A stretch of DNA of 37,284 nt, taken from positions 1 through 37,284 of the IMG/VR virus record IMGVR_UViG_3300032232_000987; one strand, written 5' to 3'. Below are positions 26,802-35,263 of this stretch, in pieces. A program made the translations under genes and the position numbers. Position 1 is the stretch's first letter, and the number at the start of each line of letters is the position of its first letter. Source of the stretch: a virus. Its lineage: Duplodnaviria > Caudoviricetes. The notes below the pieces were generated by a model that saw nothing but the letters and a program-made list of their open reading frames with translations, was not told the origin of the DNA and did not search any database.

Positions 26802-28184
26802 CTATGCGTCCCAAGGTAAATCAGTTGCGAGTTCTTGTGTTTGATTATCCGTTTTTTTACCTGCCTTTTTGACAGGTTCTTTTTTAGATGGGCGATCAAT
26901 ACTTTGGGGGGAGATTCTGAGTGTGTCCCAATCAATAGGGCATGTAAAAGCCATCTCTTTTCCTCCCCGAATCTTTGTTGTTTCAAAACTAATTGCTTGT
27001 GCGTCTTTTTCATGTGCCTCCATTACTAATGCTATATCTGCTGCATCTAGGATGCCTTTAGAGTATCTTGCTTCACCATCTTTGTCAATTTGATAAGGAC
27101 TTACTATTACTACTTCGTACTTTCTAGCTAAATTCTTTAGTTTCTTTGATACTTCAATTTGTGGTTGCCAATCATACTGATTGTTGCCCTCTATCACGAT
27201 TTGATTTACATAGTCCACAACTACAACGCCTAGCTTATCTCCAAACTTAGCCTTAGTTTTACCAATATGCAAATCAATAGCCCCTAGGGTCAAATCTCTG
27301 TCATCAACAATAATCATCTGATTATCAGGCTTTAGCTTAAAATTTCTAATTAGTGTTTCTTCAAATTTAAATCTATCTCTATGCCGTAAAAAATCATCTA
27401 CTAAAGATTCTGCACCCTCAAACATGCCAGATCGGGCTTGAACTATTCTTAGTAATTCTGAATCAGTTAGTTTATTTTGCTTGAGATTTTGCAAGTTTAC
27501 ATTAGCTAAGATTGCCAAGTTTCGTTGCATAGTTTCATATGCAGTCATTTCAATACTAAAGTATAAACTGCTATTGCCAGCCTCATACTGATTAACAAAA
27601 ATATTGCTGCTGGTAATACTTTTTCCAGAACCTCGCTTACCGCCAATGAGAATGAGTTCTTGTCTAGCAACACCACCCAACACACTATCAAATGTATTAT
27701 TAAGACCCAAATAAACACGTTCTTTCTCCAGTTCTTCGGGATGTTGAAACATCATAATGTCAGCCATTGTAAAGACTTTTTCACTGGTGTGTGTCTTTTC
27801 CTCAATAGTAAGCGCAATTGAGGCTAAATTTTCTTTGATTTCGTTTGAGTCGTAAAGCGGCAGTTTGTCTATAAACTTGTCTATTAATTTTACAGTTTCA
27901 TTTTGTGTGTACTGATCAATAAGTGCGTCTAAGGCTATTTCAGCACTTACATCTGGAACGTCGGTTAGCTTTAGTGTTGCTAGAGTTTTTGCTGCCGGGC
28001 CTTCTCGCAGTGTAAGTTCTAGGTCATCAAAATTAGGGATTGCATTATATTTTTCATAATGCTTATTGATAACACTGTACAAGGACGAGTAAGCCGGATC
28101 TAAAAACACTAGCTTCAATTTAGCCCAGATATCCAGGCTCTGCTCTTGAAGCAGTTTATTTAAGACTACGGCTGAAACATCCAT
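26802..28184 (-). CDS. DnaB-like replicative helicase (T5 D6-like)
   Basis: GGKRGSGKS, FSIEM, VVVDY, SPYQ and ILDAAD motifs. Confidence 0.9.
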   Translation of the reverse strand: MDVSAVVLNKLLQEQSLDIWAKLKLVFLDPAYSSLYSVINKHYEKYNAIPNFDDLELTLREGPAAKTLATLKLTDVPDVSAEIALDALIDQYTQNETVKLIDKFIDKLPLYDSNEIKENLASIALTIEEKTHTSEKVFTMADIMMFQHPEELEKERVYLGLNNTFDSVLGGVARQELILIGGKRGSGKSITSSNIFVNQYEAGNSSLYFSIEMTAYETMQRNLAILANVNLQNLKQNKLTDSELLRIVQARSGMFEGAESLVDDFLRHRDRFKFEETLIRNFKLKPDNQMIIVDDRDLTLGAIDLHIGKTKAKFGDKLGVVVVDYVNQIVIEGNNQYDWQPQIEVSKKLKNLARKYEVVIVSPYQIDKDGEARYSKGILDAADIALVMEAHEKDAQAISFETTKIRGGKEMAFTCPIDWDTLRISPQSIDRPSKKEPVKKAGKKTDNQTQELATDLPWDA

Positions 28185-28185
28185 A

Positions 28186-28485
28186 TTAACCTACCTTAGA
28201 TTCATTATCTATGATTACTTGGTCTACGATTTCCGTTACCTTATAAATAATTTGATCGCGCAATCGTCTAATATCTTGCTGATAACTAGTACCTTTGTCA
28301 AACAATAAACTTAATTGTTCATGTGTAACAAGCTGTTGTAGCCCAAAATAGATATGATCATAGGCCATTGTAGACTCAGGCATTACTTCAACCTGAGCTA
28401 AACGTCCATAGTTATGTACTGCTTGCTTTACTACTTCTTCGACAGTAAACGACTCAGAGTCGTGATATGTAATTGTAACTTTCAT
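28186..28485 (-). CDS. Hypothetical protein
   Basis: Tightly packed ORF between D5 and the helicase. Confidence 0.65.
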   Translation of the reverse strand: MKVTITYHDSESFTVEEVVKQAVHNYGRLAQVEVMPESTMAYDHIYFGLQQLVTHEQLSLLFDKGTSYQQDIRRLRDQIIYKVTEIVDQVIIDNESKVG

Positions 28486-28502
28486 TTACTGGTTTCCAAA
28501 GT

Positions 28503-28539
28503 AAAAAAGGCCGGGAGCCTATAAAAAACTCCCGGCCTT
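28503..28539 (-). terminator. Intrinsic terminator after D5
   Basis: AAGGCCGGGAG...CTCCCGGCCTT stem running into a T-tract on the minus strand. Confidence 0.85.
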
Positions 28540-28554
28540 GCTGCTTGTGGACTA

Positions 28555-29301
28555 TTAAGCAGCAGCTTTAGCTTCTGCTTTGGCTTTTTTATCAGCGCCT
28601 TTATAGTCAGCAACATTAATGCCACGACGGGTAAGCAGAGTGCGCAGACCGCGCTCAGTTTTATCAACCGCAGCTGCAATTTCTGCAACAGTCATACTGG
28701 CGATACGCTCACCAAGTGCCACGATAGGATCAACCTGATCTTTTGCGTGTGATTCACGCTGAGCAGGAATTTTTGCAATTTGGCCTTTACGGGTCAGACT
28801 AAGCGCCTTACCACGAACCGAGGCAACCGTCTTGCCAAGTGCTTTAGCAATATCCTCGATATAGTTACCACGCTCAGCCATGGAAATGAATTTTGCCTCT
28901 TCAGCATCAGTGTAGCTGCGAGCAACTTCCACTTTTTCAGCGGGCTTAACACTACCAGTCAACTCAAGTGCAAGCAGCTTGCCTTGGATTTGCTTAGCAG
29001 TGAATTTTCCATCGGCAAATGCCTCGGAAATTTGTTTATAAGTAAATACACCAGAATTGTTGGTAACGAAATGAAAGAGTGCGCGGCTTTCTTCGTCAGT
29101 AAAAGCACTGACTTTTTCTTTAGCCATACTAGCAACTTCACGGTCAAGCTGACGCAGTTTGGCAGCTACGCTACGGGTAGACACTTCCAAGGTTTCAGCG
29201 GCCTCCTCAACTTTAGCAACCGATACAGGGGACTCACGTCCTACGATTCCAAGAAGATGAGCAACGGCTTCTTCAGACCACTTTTTAGTTTTTTCAGTCA
29301 T
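28555..29301 (-). CDS. D5: DNA-binding protein (T5 D5-like)
   Basis: Repeated HTH-like units (RSVAAKLR, KQIQGK, SVRGKALSL, RGLRTLLTRRG); follows the split ligase as in T5. Confidence 0.85.
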   Translation of the reverse strand: MTEKTKKWSEEAVAHLLGIVGRESPVSVAKVEEAAETLEVSTRSVAAKLRQLDREVASMAKEKVSAFTDEESRALFHFVTNNSGVFTYKQISEAFADGKFTAKQIQGKLLALELTGSVKPAEKVEVARSYTDAEEAKFISMAERGNYIEDIAKALGKTVASVRGKALSLTRKGQIAKIPAQRESHAKDQVDPIVALGERIASMTVAEIAAAVDKTERGLRTLLTRRGINVADYKGADKKAKAEAKAAA

Positions 29302-30055
29302 ATGTTTTCTCGTTTAAAAATTGTGATAAGTTTTCGATAATTGTAATGCCGAGTTGATCGGCTTTGGTACGTTTTGAGCTGCCTTTATTATCTTCATCAA
29401 CTAGATAATTGGTTTGTTTAGTTACGGTTTCGGTAACTTTAAATCCCATATCTTCTAGTGCTTTAGTGGCTTCCGCCTTGTTTTTAAATGAAGTTAATTT
29501 ACCAGTTATGCAGACGCTTTCGGCACTTACATTGGCTACTGGCTTATTGCTTGTTTTGAAAGAGAATGGCAAAAACTCCTTCATTTCTACGAAATCTGTC
29601 TCTAGCCAAGAGATTAGATTATTAGTAACTTTTTCTCCTAAACCTGCTTGCTTGCACTGTTCCGGGGTAATATCATCAATGGACTCTACTACTTTAGTAA
29701 TTTTTTGTGCAGCAGTGTTTCCTACTAGTGGAATACTAAAAGCAGGTAGGATGGTTGCTAAATCACTGTGTCGAGACCTGTCGATTTCATCTAACAATTT
29801 TACTGCAATTTTTTCACTACCTAATGCCGTAATAATTTCGTCAAGTTCGAGATAGTAAATCTCAGTAATATCAGTTAGCTGAAGTTTCTCTAGTGTTTTA
29901 GCACCCATGCCTTTGATGCCTAATGTCTTGCAAAAATGCTCCAACTTTTTGCCCAGCTGTGCGCTACAGGCTTGATTACGACAAAAAAGTTGGTCATTGA
30001 CAAGCTCTAGTGTATAGTCGCAACACGGACAAGTAGTTGGAATTTTGATTTTCAT
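29294..30055 (-). CDS. ligB: NAD-dependent DNA ligase, C-terminal subunit (zinc finger, HhH, BRCT)
   Basis: PTTCPCC...FCRNQAC, IKGMG and VCITGKL...GSSKRTKA motifs. Confidence 0.9.
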   Translation of the reverse strand: MKIKIPTTCPCCDYTLELVNDQLFCRNQACSAQLGKKLEHFCKTLGIKGMGAKTLEKLQLTDITEIYYLELDEIITALGSEKIAVKLLDEIDRSRHSDLATILPAFSIPLVGNTAAQKITKVVESIDDITPEQCKQAGLGEKVTNNLISWLETDFVEMKEFLPFSFKTSNKPVANVSAESVCITGKLTSFKNKAEATKALEDMGFKVTETVTKQTNYLVDEDNKGSSKRTKADQLGITIIENLSQFLNEKTYD

Positions 30056-30081
30056 TGGGCTTTTTTCAAATTCAATAATGT

Positions 30082-30110
30082 ATTATACAGTATAAAGCAT
30101 TGCGTTTCAA
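30082..30110 (-). promoter_or_regulatory. sigma70-type promoter TTGAAA-17-TATAAT between the ligase halves
   Basis: -35 at 30105-30110 and -10 at 30082-30087. Confidence 0.82.
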
Positions 30111-30121
30111 GTCTAAATTTT

Positions 30122-31075
30122 CTATGCCTCTACCTTGTGCAAGACGCAGGGAATAATTTCTCCAGCCCTAATAATGGCTACGGTATCTCCGATTTCCAGG
30201 CCCAGGGCTTCAATGAATCCTGGGTTATTAAGGGTAGCTCGGCTTACCATAGCATCACCTACTAGCACAGGCTCAAGGATTGCCACTGGTGTTACTTTAC
30301 CGGATTTGCCAACTTGCCACTCAACATCTAGCAATTTAGTCTCCACGTGTTCAGCACGCTCCTTGCGAGCATAAGCACCGCGAGGATGTTTGCTGGTATA
30401 GCCCAGCTCTTCAAACTGATGATTGTTATTAAGCCTAAAGACTACACCGTCTGTGGGATAGATTTTTTCTAAGTCAGTTTCTTGTACAGTGTTAAAACCA
30501 AACCGTTTAAGCATTAGCATATCTGCATCATAAGTTTGACCTACAAATGGCTGAACACCATATGCAAAGAAACTGATTGCACGAGTAGCAAACTCACTTG
30601 TATCCTTAAGATTAAGTGCGCCTGCAGCATAGTTACGGGCATTTGGAATGTGACTTGGAGCCACAATCTCACCAGTAACTTGTAGCACGCCGGTATACCT
30701 AATAAAGTGTGGAACTAGACTAGTACTGCTAAGCAACTTGTCAGTAATTACTTGACCCTCGACTCCATCCCCACGAGTCAGTGCCTGTACTAGTTGGCCG
30801 TCAACATACAGCAGGCTAATAGCTGCACCATCAAGCTTAACGCTCATACTAACGTCACCCATGCCTAGCAGTGGATTGGGCTTGCCCTCGTCCTCGTAGT
30901 GCTTTTGCAGGCTATACATAGGATAATAGTGTCTGGCCTTAGTACCTTGAACCTGTGCGCCTACAGCTGAATACTTTGCAGCTTCAGCTAGGCGATCAAA
31001 CTGCTCGTCACTAATAATAGGAAAGCCAGCGTAATAGGCTTGGCTTGCTGCGTCTAAGTATTGTTTAATAGTCAT
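30122..31075 (-). CDS. ligA: NAD-dependent DNA ligase, adenylation/OB subunit
   Basis: YY...ISDEQFD, KLDG, TRGDG, RNYAAG, DGVV, ATLNN and RAGEIIP motifs. Confidence 0.93.
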   Translation of the reverse strand: MTIKQYLDAASQAYYAGFPIISDEQFDRLAEAAKYSAVGAQVQGTKARHYYPMYSLQKHYEDEGKPNPLLGMGDVSMSVKLDGAAISLLYVDGQLVQALTRGDGVEGQVITDKLLSSTSLVPHFIRYTGVLQVTGEIVAPSHIPNARNYAAGALNLKDTSEFATRAISFFAYGVQPFVGQTYDADMLMLKRFGFNTVQETDLEKIYPTDGVVFRLNNNHQFEELGYTSKHPRGAYARKERAEHVETKLLDVEWQVGKSGKVTPVAILEPVLVGDAMVSRATLNNPGFIEALGLEIGDTVAIIRAGEIIPCVLHKVEA

Positions 31076-31704
31076 AGGTTAATTGCAAAATTACAAAGAA
31101 GATCATTATGCCAACCACCATGCCAGTGATTAAGTTCGTCTAGGTCATACCACCACTGCTCACTTTCTGGATGACAACCAATCAAACCCAAATTACCCTG
31201 ATAGATAGCCATTGCGTCGCCATTTTGATAGGTGGCAACTACATCACAATCTTGAGTCCAGCCAATAAAAGCACACCCGTCATAAAAATACATATCTTCA
31301 TATTCATCGCCCCACAGTACTTCTACCGTGGTAGGACCTTCGCTGCTAGTTTCAGCACCGGGACGAGTAATATACTGTACTGGTTCTACTTCCCACAACA
31401 AGTCAAAGTAGTTTGCACCGGCCCAATAAGCGCCCATGCAAACGCCCAAATACTTGCCGCCAGCATAAACAAAATCACGAACAGTTTTAACATGAGCATC
31501 ATTAAAGATTACATCATATTCATCAGCATCGCCAATGCCGCCAGGAATAGCAAGAATGTCTACTGTATGCAAAAAGTCCCTAGTGAGGTCTTCGATACTA
31601 AATAGCTTAACTATAAAATGCTGCTCAAGTGCGGCCTCCATAGCCAGTGCACATTCAACTTCACATACTGGATCGTGGACAAAAATAGCAACGGTTCGGT
31701 TCAT
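31072..31704 (-). CDS. Stand-alone class I glutamine-amidotransferase-like (BPL_N-type) protein
   Basis: IPGG, GGKYLGVCMGAY nucleophile elbow, and GCHPE. Confidence 0.75.
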   Translation of the reverse strand: MNRTVAIFVHDPVCEVECALAMEAALEQHFIVKLFSIEDLTRDFLHTVDILAIPGGIGDADEYDVIFNDAHVKTVRDFVYAGGKYLGVCMGAYWAGANYFDLLWEVEPVQYITRPGAETSSEGPTTVEVLWGDEYEDMYFYDGCAFIGWTQDCDVVATYQNGDAMAIYQGNLGLIGCHPESEQWWYDLDELNHWHGGWHNDLLCNFAINL

Positions 31705-31729
31705 AGCCTTTCCTCATCAAATATACAAT

Positions 31730-31758
31730 ATTATACCATTTTAACGACTTAGGGTCAA
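31730..31758 (-). promoter_or_regulatory. sigma70-type promoter TTGACC-17-TATAAT
   Basis: -35 at 31753-31758 and -10 at 31730-31735. Confidence 0.85.
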
Positions 31759-32042
31759 GTGTCTTTTTCTAGTATCTGCTTAGCATAGGTTTCTATAATC
31801 TCATGACCTTCAGCCTCGCTACAAATATCTAGCAAACCGTCTAAGAGTGCATAAATATTTTGTAGCGAGGCAGGAATACTTACACCTTCACGACTAGGAA
31901 CCCAATCGCCCTCATAGCTTAAAAAGTATTTTCTAAGCTGTAGGTAGGTAACGTCCTTGAAATCATTTACCACTAGTCTAACCTGAAAACCTTTATCCAT
32001 GTTTTCTTCGATTAGACGTTCATAAAGTATATTTGAATCCAT
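31755..32042 (-). CDS. PC4/Sub1-like ssDNA-binding protein
   Basis: VNDFKDVTYLQLRKYF...WVPSREGVSIP; T5 encodes a PC4 homolog at this position. Confidence 0.8.
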   Translation of the reverse strand: MDSNILYERLIEENMDKGFQVRLVVNDFKDVTYLQLRKYFLSYEGDWVPSREGVSIPASLQNIYALLDGLLDICSEAEGHEIIETYAKQILEKDT

Positions 32043-32665
32043 TATACTCTAACTCCCAATTCACGAATATGTGCTAGGCTGGCTAATTCACTAGCAGGTT
32101 GATATGCATTTTGTAGCCAGCGCTCACTAAGTAGCCATACTCGATAAATCCAACCATAGTCTTGGTGAGTTTGTTCTGCTAGAATCTTAGCCATGGAATC
32201 ATAGCGTGCACTGTAGACTACTTCGCCAACTTCAAACCTGTCACGCATTGCAGCTTCAGGAATCAATTCTGGTTTAAAGTAGTCTGGAGAACTTTTACGA
32301 ATAGGCACACTATAGCGGTCTAGGACTTGTTTAATAAGTTGTGCGCCGCGATAGGTGTTTTCGCCAATAGTGCTAATAGGATCACCAGCAAGATAGCTTT
32401 GAATTATAAACTGCACTTCGTCTTCAGTTATTGGCTTGCCGCGTTTTTCAGCCCTGCGTTTAGCAGTTTTTTCTTTGCGATCCTTGTGGGTCTGAATAAT
32501 CTGATCAAGCCTGGTAGTATTATAACTCATACCCAAGGCTTGGCAAGCATCTTTTTTAGTAATAGGCTTAACGCCCTGCTCTTTTGGTTCAAGCAGTTCA
32601 ATGACTCGCTCAATATTAGCGTCAGTCATACGTTCTTGTTCAAGCTCAGAGCGTTTTCTAGCCAT
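32042..32665 (-). CDS. Conserved T5-like protein (HTH-like)
   Basis: TKKDACQALGMSYNTTRL; GGAG SD; TAATG coupling. Confidence 0.65.
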   Translation of the reverse strand: MARKRSELEQERMTDANIERVIELLEPKEQGVKPITKKDACQALGMSYNTTRLDQIIQTHKDRKEKTAKRRAEKRGKPITEDEVQFIIQSYLAGDPISTIGENTYRGAQLIKQVLDRYSVPIRKSSPDYFKPELIPEAAMRDRFEVGEVVYSARYDSMAKILAEQTHQDYGWIYRVWLLSERWLQNAYQPASELASLAHIRELGVRV

Positions 32666-32667
32666 GA

Positions 32668-32883
32668 TTACTCCAGTTCAATATAACTAATCGTTACTTC
32701 TTGCGTATCATAAACTTCGTCTAGAATTTGATCAGCATAATCATATCCTTCAGTATCACGCCAGCTCATATAGCCCTGATCGCTAACAAAGATTTGAGTT
32801 GCTCGCAACTCGTCTGTTGCCTCCACAACTTCTTGAAAAAGATCGTCGCCGGGATGATAAGCAGCAAAAACAAAAATAGCCAT
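32668..32883 (-). CDS. Small acidic hypothetical protein
   Basis: Strong TAAGGAG SD; fills the gap exactly. Confidence 0.65.
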   Translation of the reverse strand: MAIFVFAAYHPGDDLFQEVVEATDELRATQIFVSDQGYMSWRDTEGYDYADQILDEVYDTQEVTISYIELE

Positions 32884-32898
32884 AATAACTCCTTAATA

Positions 32899-32921
32899 AG
32901 AAAAGGCAGCACTAGGCTGCC
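32899..32921 (-). terminator. Intrinsic terminator after D3
   Basis: GGCAGC-CTAGT-GCTGCC-TTTTCT on the minus strand. Confidence 0.7.
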
Positions 32922-32926
32922 AATTG

Positions 32927-33286
32927 TTATGCTTTAAGCACACTCAAAAAGTAAACTGCTGCTTTACCAGTCAGTTTGCTCAAAATGTCGTCATCAACGG
33001 GGCCGCCTTTGGCTTCAATTGCTGCTTTGAGATCAGCAATACTAGACTCTTTAGACACACGCTTAGGTGCATCGCCACCAGCCTTCTTTTCACCACTGGG
33101 CTTAGCAGCGGTATCTTTTTTAACATAGACACCAGCCTGAACCAAAACCATACGAACACCATTAGGTGAGGCTTCGATTTCTTCGGCAATATCCTTAATG
33201 ATTTCAGTACTAGACTCAGGCGTTGGCTCTGCGTCCTGATACATCTTGATTACTTGCGATTTGAGTTCGTCATTCCATTGCGTCAT
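32927..33286 (-). CDS. D3: T5 D3-like protein
   Basis: MTQWNDE...PNGVRMVLVQAGVYVKK...ILSKLTGKAA resembles T5 D3; synteny agrees. Confidence 0.78.
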   Translation of the reverse strand: MTQWNDELKSQVIKMYQDAEPTPESSTEIIKDIAEEIEASPNGVRMVLVQAGVYVKKDTAAKPSGEKKAGGDAPKRVSKESSIADLKAAIEAKGGPVDDDILSKLTGKAAVYFLSVLKA

Positions 33287-33295
33287 TGCAGTTCC

Positions 33296-33568
33296 TTAAA
33301 TAAGTTCGGTAATTACATTAGTCATTTTACTAGGGGTAAACTGACGATAGTTGTGCTTTAGATCATGCTTGGATACAAGCAACATTAGTTCCTCGTGTTG
33401 ACGATTTTTCAATTCGCGCATTTCACGAGTAAATGCTTCAAATTCTGTTTCAGGCAATTCACTAACATCAATACCGGCTACAAGCTGTGTGGGTTCTTGC
33501 GTAACAAGCACAGCACGCTCACTTTGATCACCATTAGACTTTGTGTACATAAATTGCATAAACTTCAT
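33296..33568 (-). CDS. Hypothetical protein
   Basis: AAAGGA SD; promoter upstream. Confidence 0.65.
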   Translation of the reverse strand: MKFMQFMYTKSNGDQSERAVLVTQEPTQLVAGIDVSELPETEFEAFTREMRELKNRQHEELMLLVSKHDLKHNYRQFTPSKMTNVITELI

Positions 33569-33597
33569 TTGTGTTCCTTTATTGCGACAGAAATAAT

Positions 33598-33626
33598 ATT
33601 ATATCAACGATTGGCTAAAGATTCAA
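33598..33626 (-). promoter_or_regulatory. sigma70-type promoter TTGAAT-17-TATAAT
   Basis: -35 at 33621-33626 and -10 at 33598-33603. Confidence 0.82.
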
Positions 33627-33628
33627 GT

Positions 33629-33886
33629 TTATTTTTCTCTGACTGCTTTTGAGATACCTAAAAATGCAGCACTATAAAGAGGGGGAAATATTAGCAACCA
33701 AATTACTAATGGGGCCAATATAGTGTTTATAACAAAGAAAACAAATAAACTTAATAATGGTGCCTGAGTAAAAGTATTATCTACACCATCTTGTTTGGCA
33801 AGTGCAATAACAGGCCAGAATAGTTCGTAGATAAGTGTTAGTGAAGTTGCTAAGCAAAATATTGCATAATATTCAAATACCCCCAT
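33629..33886 (-). CDS. Small two-TM membrane protein
   Basis: Two long hydrophobic stretches; GGAG upstream. Confidence 0.65.
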   Translation of the reverse strand: MGVFEYYAIFCLATSLTLIYELFWPVIALAKQDGVDNTFTQAPLLSLFVFFVINTILAPLVIWLLIFPPLYSAAFLGISKAVREK

Positions 33887-34253
33887 GCAATCTGTCTCCC
33901 AACTTAAAGCTAACTTTGAGATCGCCTAAAGTTTTGGGATCAAATTGTGTGCGTAAACCAGCCAGTGTTTGATCAGCAATTTTTTGATTTGAATTAAAAA
34001 TTCCAGGAGGACAACTGCCACAAACTCGTTTTAGCAATTGTGCTGTACGAATCTTGGTTTTAGTCCACACCCTAGTTTTTGGAGTTTTACGACGATATTT
34101 AATATTTTTAAGAGCTGCCTCAATTTGTTTATTATTGGGATGCTTTTCCAATGCGCGCAGCAACTTACGCTCACGATTAGTTTTCCATCGTGATTGTGTT
34201 TGATAAAGTTGATATTGTGCTTGTTGCGATTTACTGGAAGTTTTACCTGCCAT
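33873..34253 (-). CDS. Basic hypothetical protein
   Basis: K/R-rich ORF overlapping both neighbours. Confidence 0.65.
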   Translation of the reverse strand: MAGKTSSKSQQAQYQLYQTQSRWKTNRERKLLRALEKHPNNKQIEAALKNIKYRRKTPKTRVWTKTKIRTAQLLKRVCGSCPPGIFNSNQKIADQTLAGLRTQFDPKTLGDLKVSFKLGDRLHGGI

Positions 34254-34497
34254 ATTTATATAATCCAGTTATAGTATAGCTACCATCGCCTTGTGGGCTA
34301 ATAGTAACGCAACCATTTTGTTCTAAAAATTCTAACATTTCAAATACAGCGCCATAGTCATTAAACTCAACCCCATATTTTTTAAACAATACACCTAAAC
34401 TGTGTAAGTATTCTAGTGTAATTGCAATAGTGTCAGTTTGTAGTTCGTGTAGCAGTTCCTTAATAGGATTACCAGTCGTGGTCTTCTTCGTGGTCAT
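34243..34497 (-). CDS. Hypothetical protein (possible winged helix)
   Basis: Co-oriented overlapping ORF; LEFLEQNGCVTI...YTI helix-hairpin pattern. Confidence 0.5.
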   Translation of the reverse strand: MTTKKTTTGNPIKELLHELQTDTIAITLEYLHSLGVLFKKYGVEFNDYGAVFEMLEFLEQNGCVTISPQGDGSYTITGLYKYGR

Positions 34498-34798
34498 GAA
34501 TTGTTACTCGCTCAGCAGTGCAATCTTCCAGCTTTTCCCTGATTTTATCAGCTTCACGCATAGTATCACACTGATCTTGAATCAAGGTTAGTGTGTAAAT
34601 AAGTTCTCCAATAGAGCCAATGTCAATTGGAATCTTGCGATCACAACCGTCAAAGATTACGAACTCGTCTGTACCACCATTATTACTGCCAAACTCAATG
34701 CCGTAGTAAAACAGATGATCGTCAACCCCCTTAGCAGTAAACATACCACTGGTGTCAAGTACCTTTGTGCGCTCTTGTGAGCCGAAATAGTATTTCAT
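34469..34798 (-). CDS. Hypothetical protein
   Basis: AAAGGA SD; promoter upstream. Confidence 0.65.
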   Translation of the reverse strand: MKYYFGSQERTKVLDTSGMFTAKGVDDHLFYYGIEFGSNNGGTDEFVIFDGCDRKIPIDIGSIGELIYTLTLIQDQCDTMREADKIREKLEDCTAERVTIHDHEEDHDW

Positions 34799-34836
34799 TT
34801 TATCCTTTTTTGTTAAAATACTCTGTGAGAAATAAT

Positions 34837-34865
34837 ATTATAGCAAGTTTATGCAGATAATTCAA
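34837..34865 (-). promoter_or_regulatory. sigma70-type promoter TTGAAT-17-TATAAT
   Basis: -35 at 34860-34865 and -10 at 34837-34842; AT tract upstream. Confidence 0.82.
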
Positions 34866-34882
34866 GTAAAAAAATTTACTAG

Positions 34883-34956
34883 TGGCAGGGATACTAGGAC
34901 TCGAACCTAGAATAACGGAATCAAAATCCGTGGTGTTACCATTACACTATATCCCA
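34883..34956 (-). tRNA. tRNA-Gln(UUG)
   Basis: TGGGATATAGTGTAATGGTAACA...ACGGA-TTTTGAT-TCCGT...GGTTCGAGTCC...GCCA. Confidence 0.92.
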
Positions 34957-34961
34957 ACATT

Positions 34962-35036
34962 TGGCTCCCCAGCGTGGGATCGAACCACGGACCAACAGAT
35001 TAACAGTCTGCTGCTCTACCGCTGAGCTACTAGGGA
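34962..35036 (-). tRNA. tRNA-Asn(GUU)
   Basis: TCCCTAGTAGCTCAGCGGTAGAGC...GCAGA-CTGTTAA-TCTGT...GGTTCGATCCC...GCCA. Confidence 0.95.
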
Positions 35037-35041
35037 ATTAC

Positions 35042-35129
35042 TGGCGGAAAGTATAGGATTCGAACCTATGCATCGATTTCTCAACGACGGTTTAGCAAAC
35101 CGTTGCCTTAACCACTCGGCCAACTTTCC
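35042..35129 (-). tRNA. tRNA-Ser(GCU)
   Basis: GGAAAGTTGGCCGAGTGGTTAAGGC...ACGGT-TTGCTAA-ACCGT; long variable arm; CCA end. Confidence 0.95.
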
Positions 35130-35134
35130 AGATC

Positions 35135-35211
<77 letters not shown>

Positions 35212-35216
35212 AGAAT

Positions 35217-35255
35217 AAAAAGTCCCCAGCAGTGCTATACAGCACACATCCGGGG
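35217..35255 (-). terminator. Bulged hairpin with T-tract before the tRNA cluster (terminator or processing site)
   Basis: GTCCCC..GTGCT-GTAT-AGCAC..GGGGAC-TTTTT on the minus strand. Confidence 0.55.
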
Positions 35256-35263
35256 ACACAAAC

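Noticed and set aside
13570-28184. Inteins, introns or homing endonucleases in nrdJ, pol or the helicases
   Set aside because: Proteins are compact with continuous motifs; no intein termini or HNH/LAGLIDADG ORFs recognised.
28780-29340. 186-aa + strand ORF opposite D5
   Set aside because: Antisense shadow with no motifs or expression signals.
30056-30121. Ligase pseudogene or frameshift
   Set aside because: A split ligase is a known T5-like feature; both halves are intact and separated by a promoter.
35212-35263. Riboswitch or fifth tRNA in the hairpin before the tRNA cluster
   Set aside because: Too short, with no cloverleaf or recognisable aptamer; a terminator or processing hairpin explains it.
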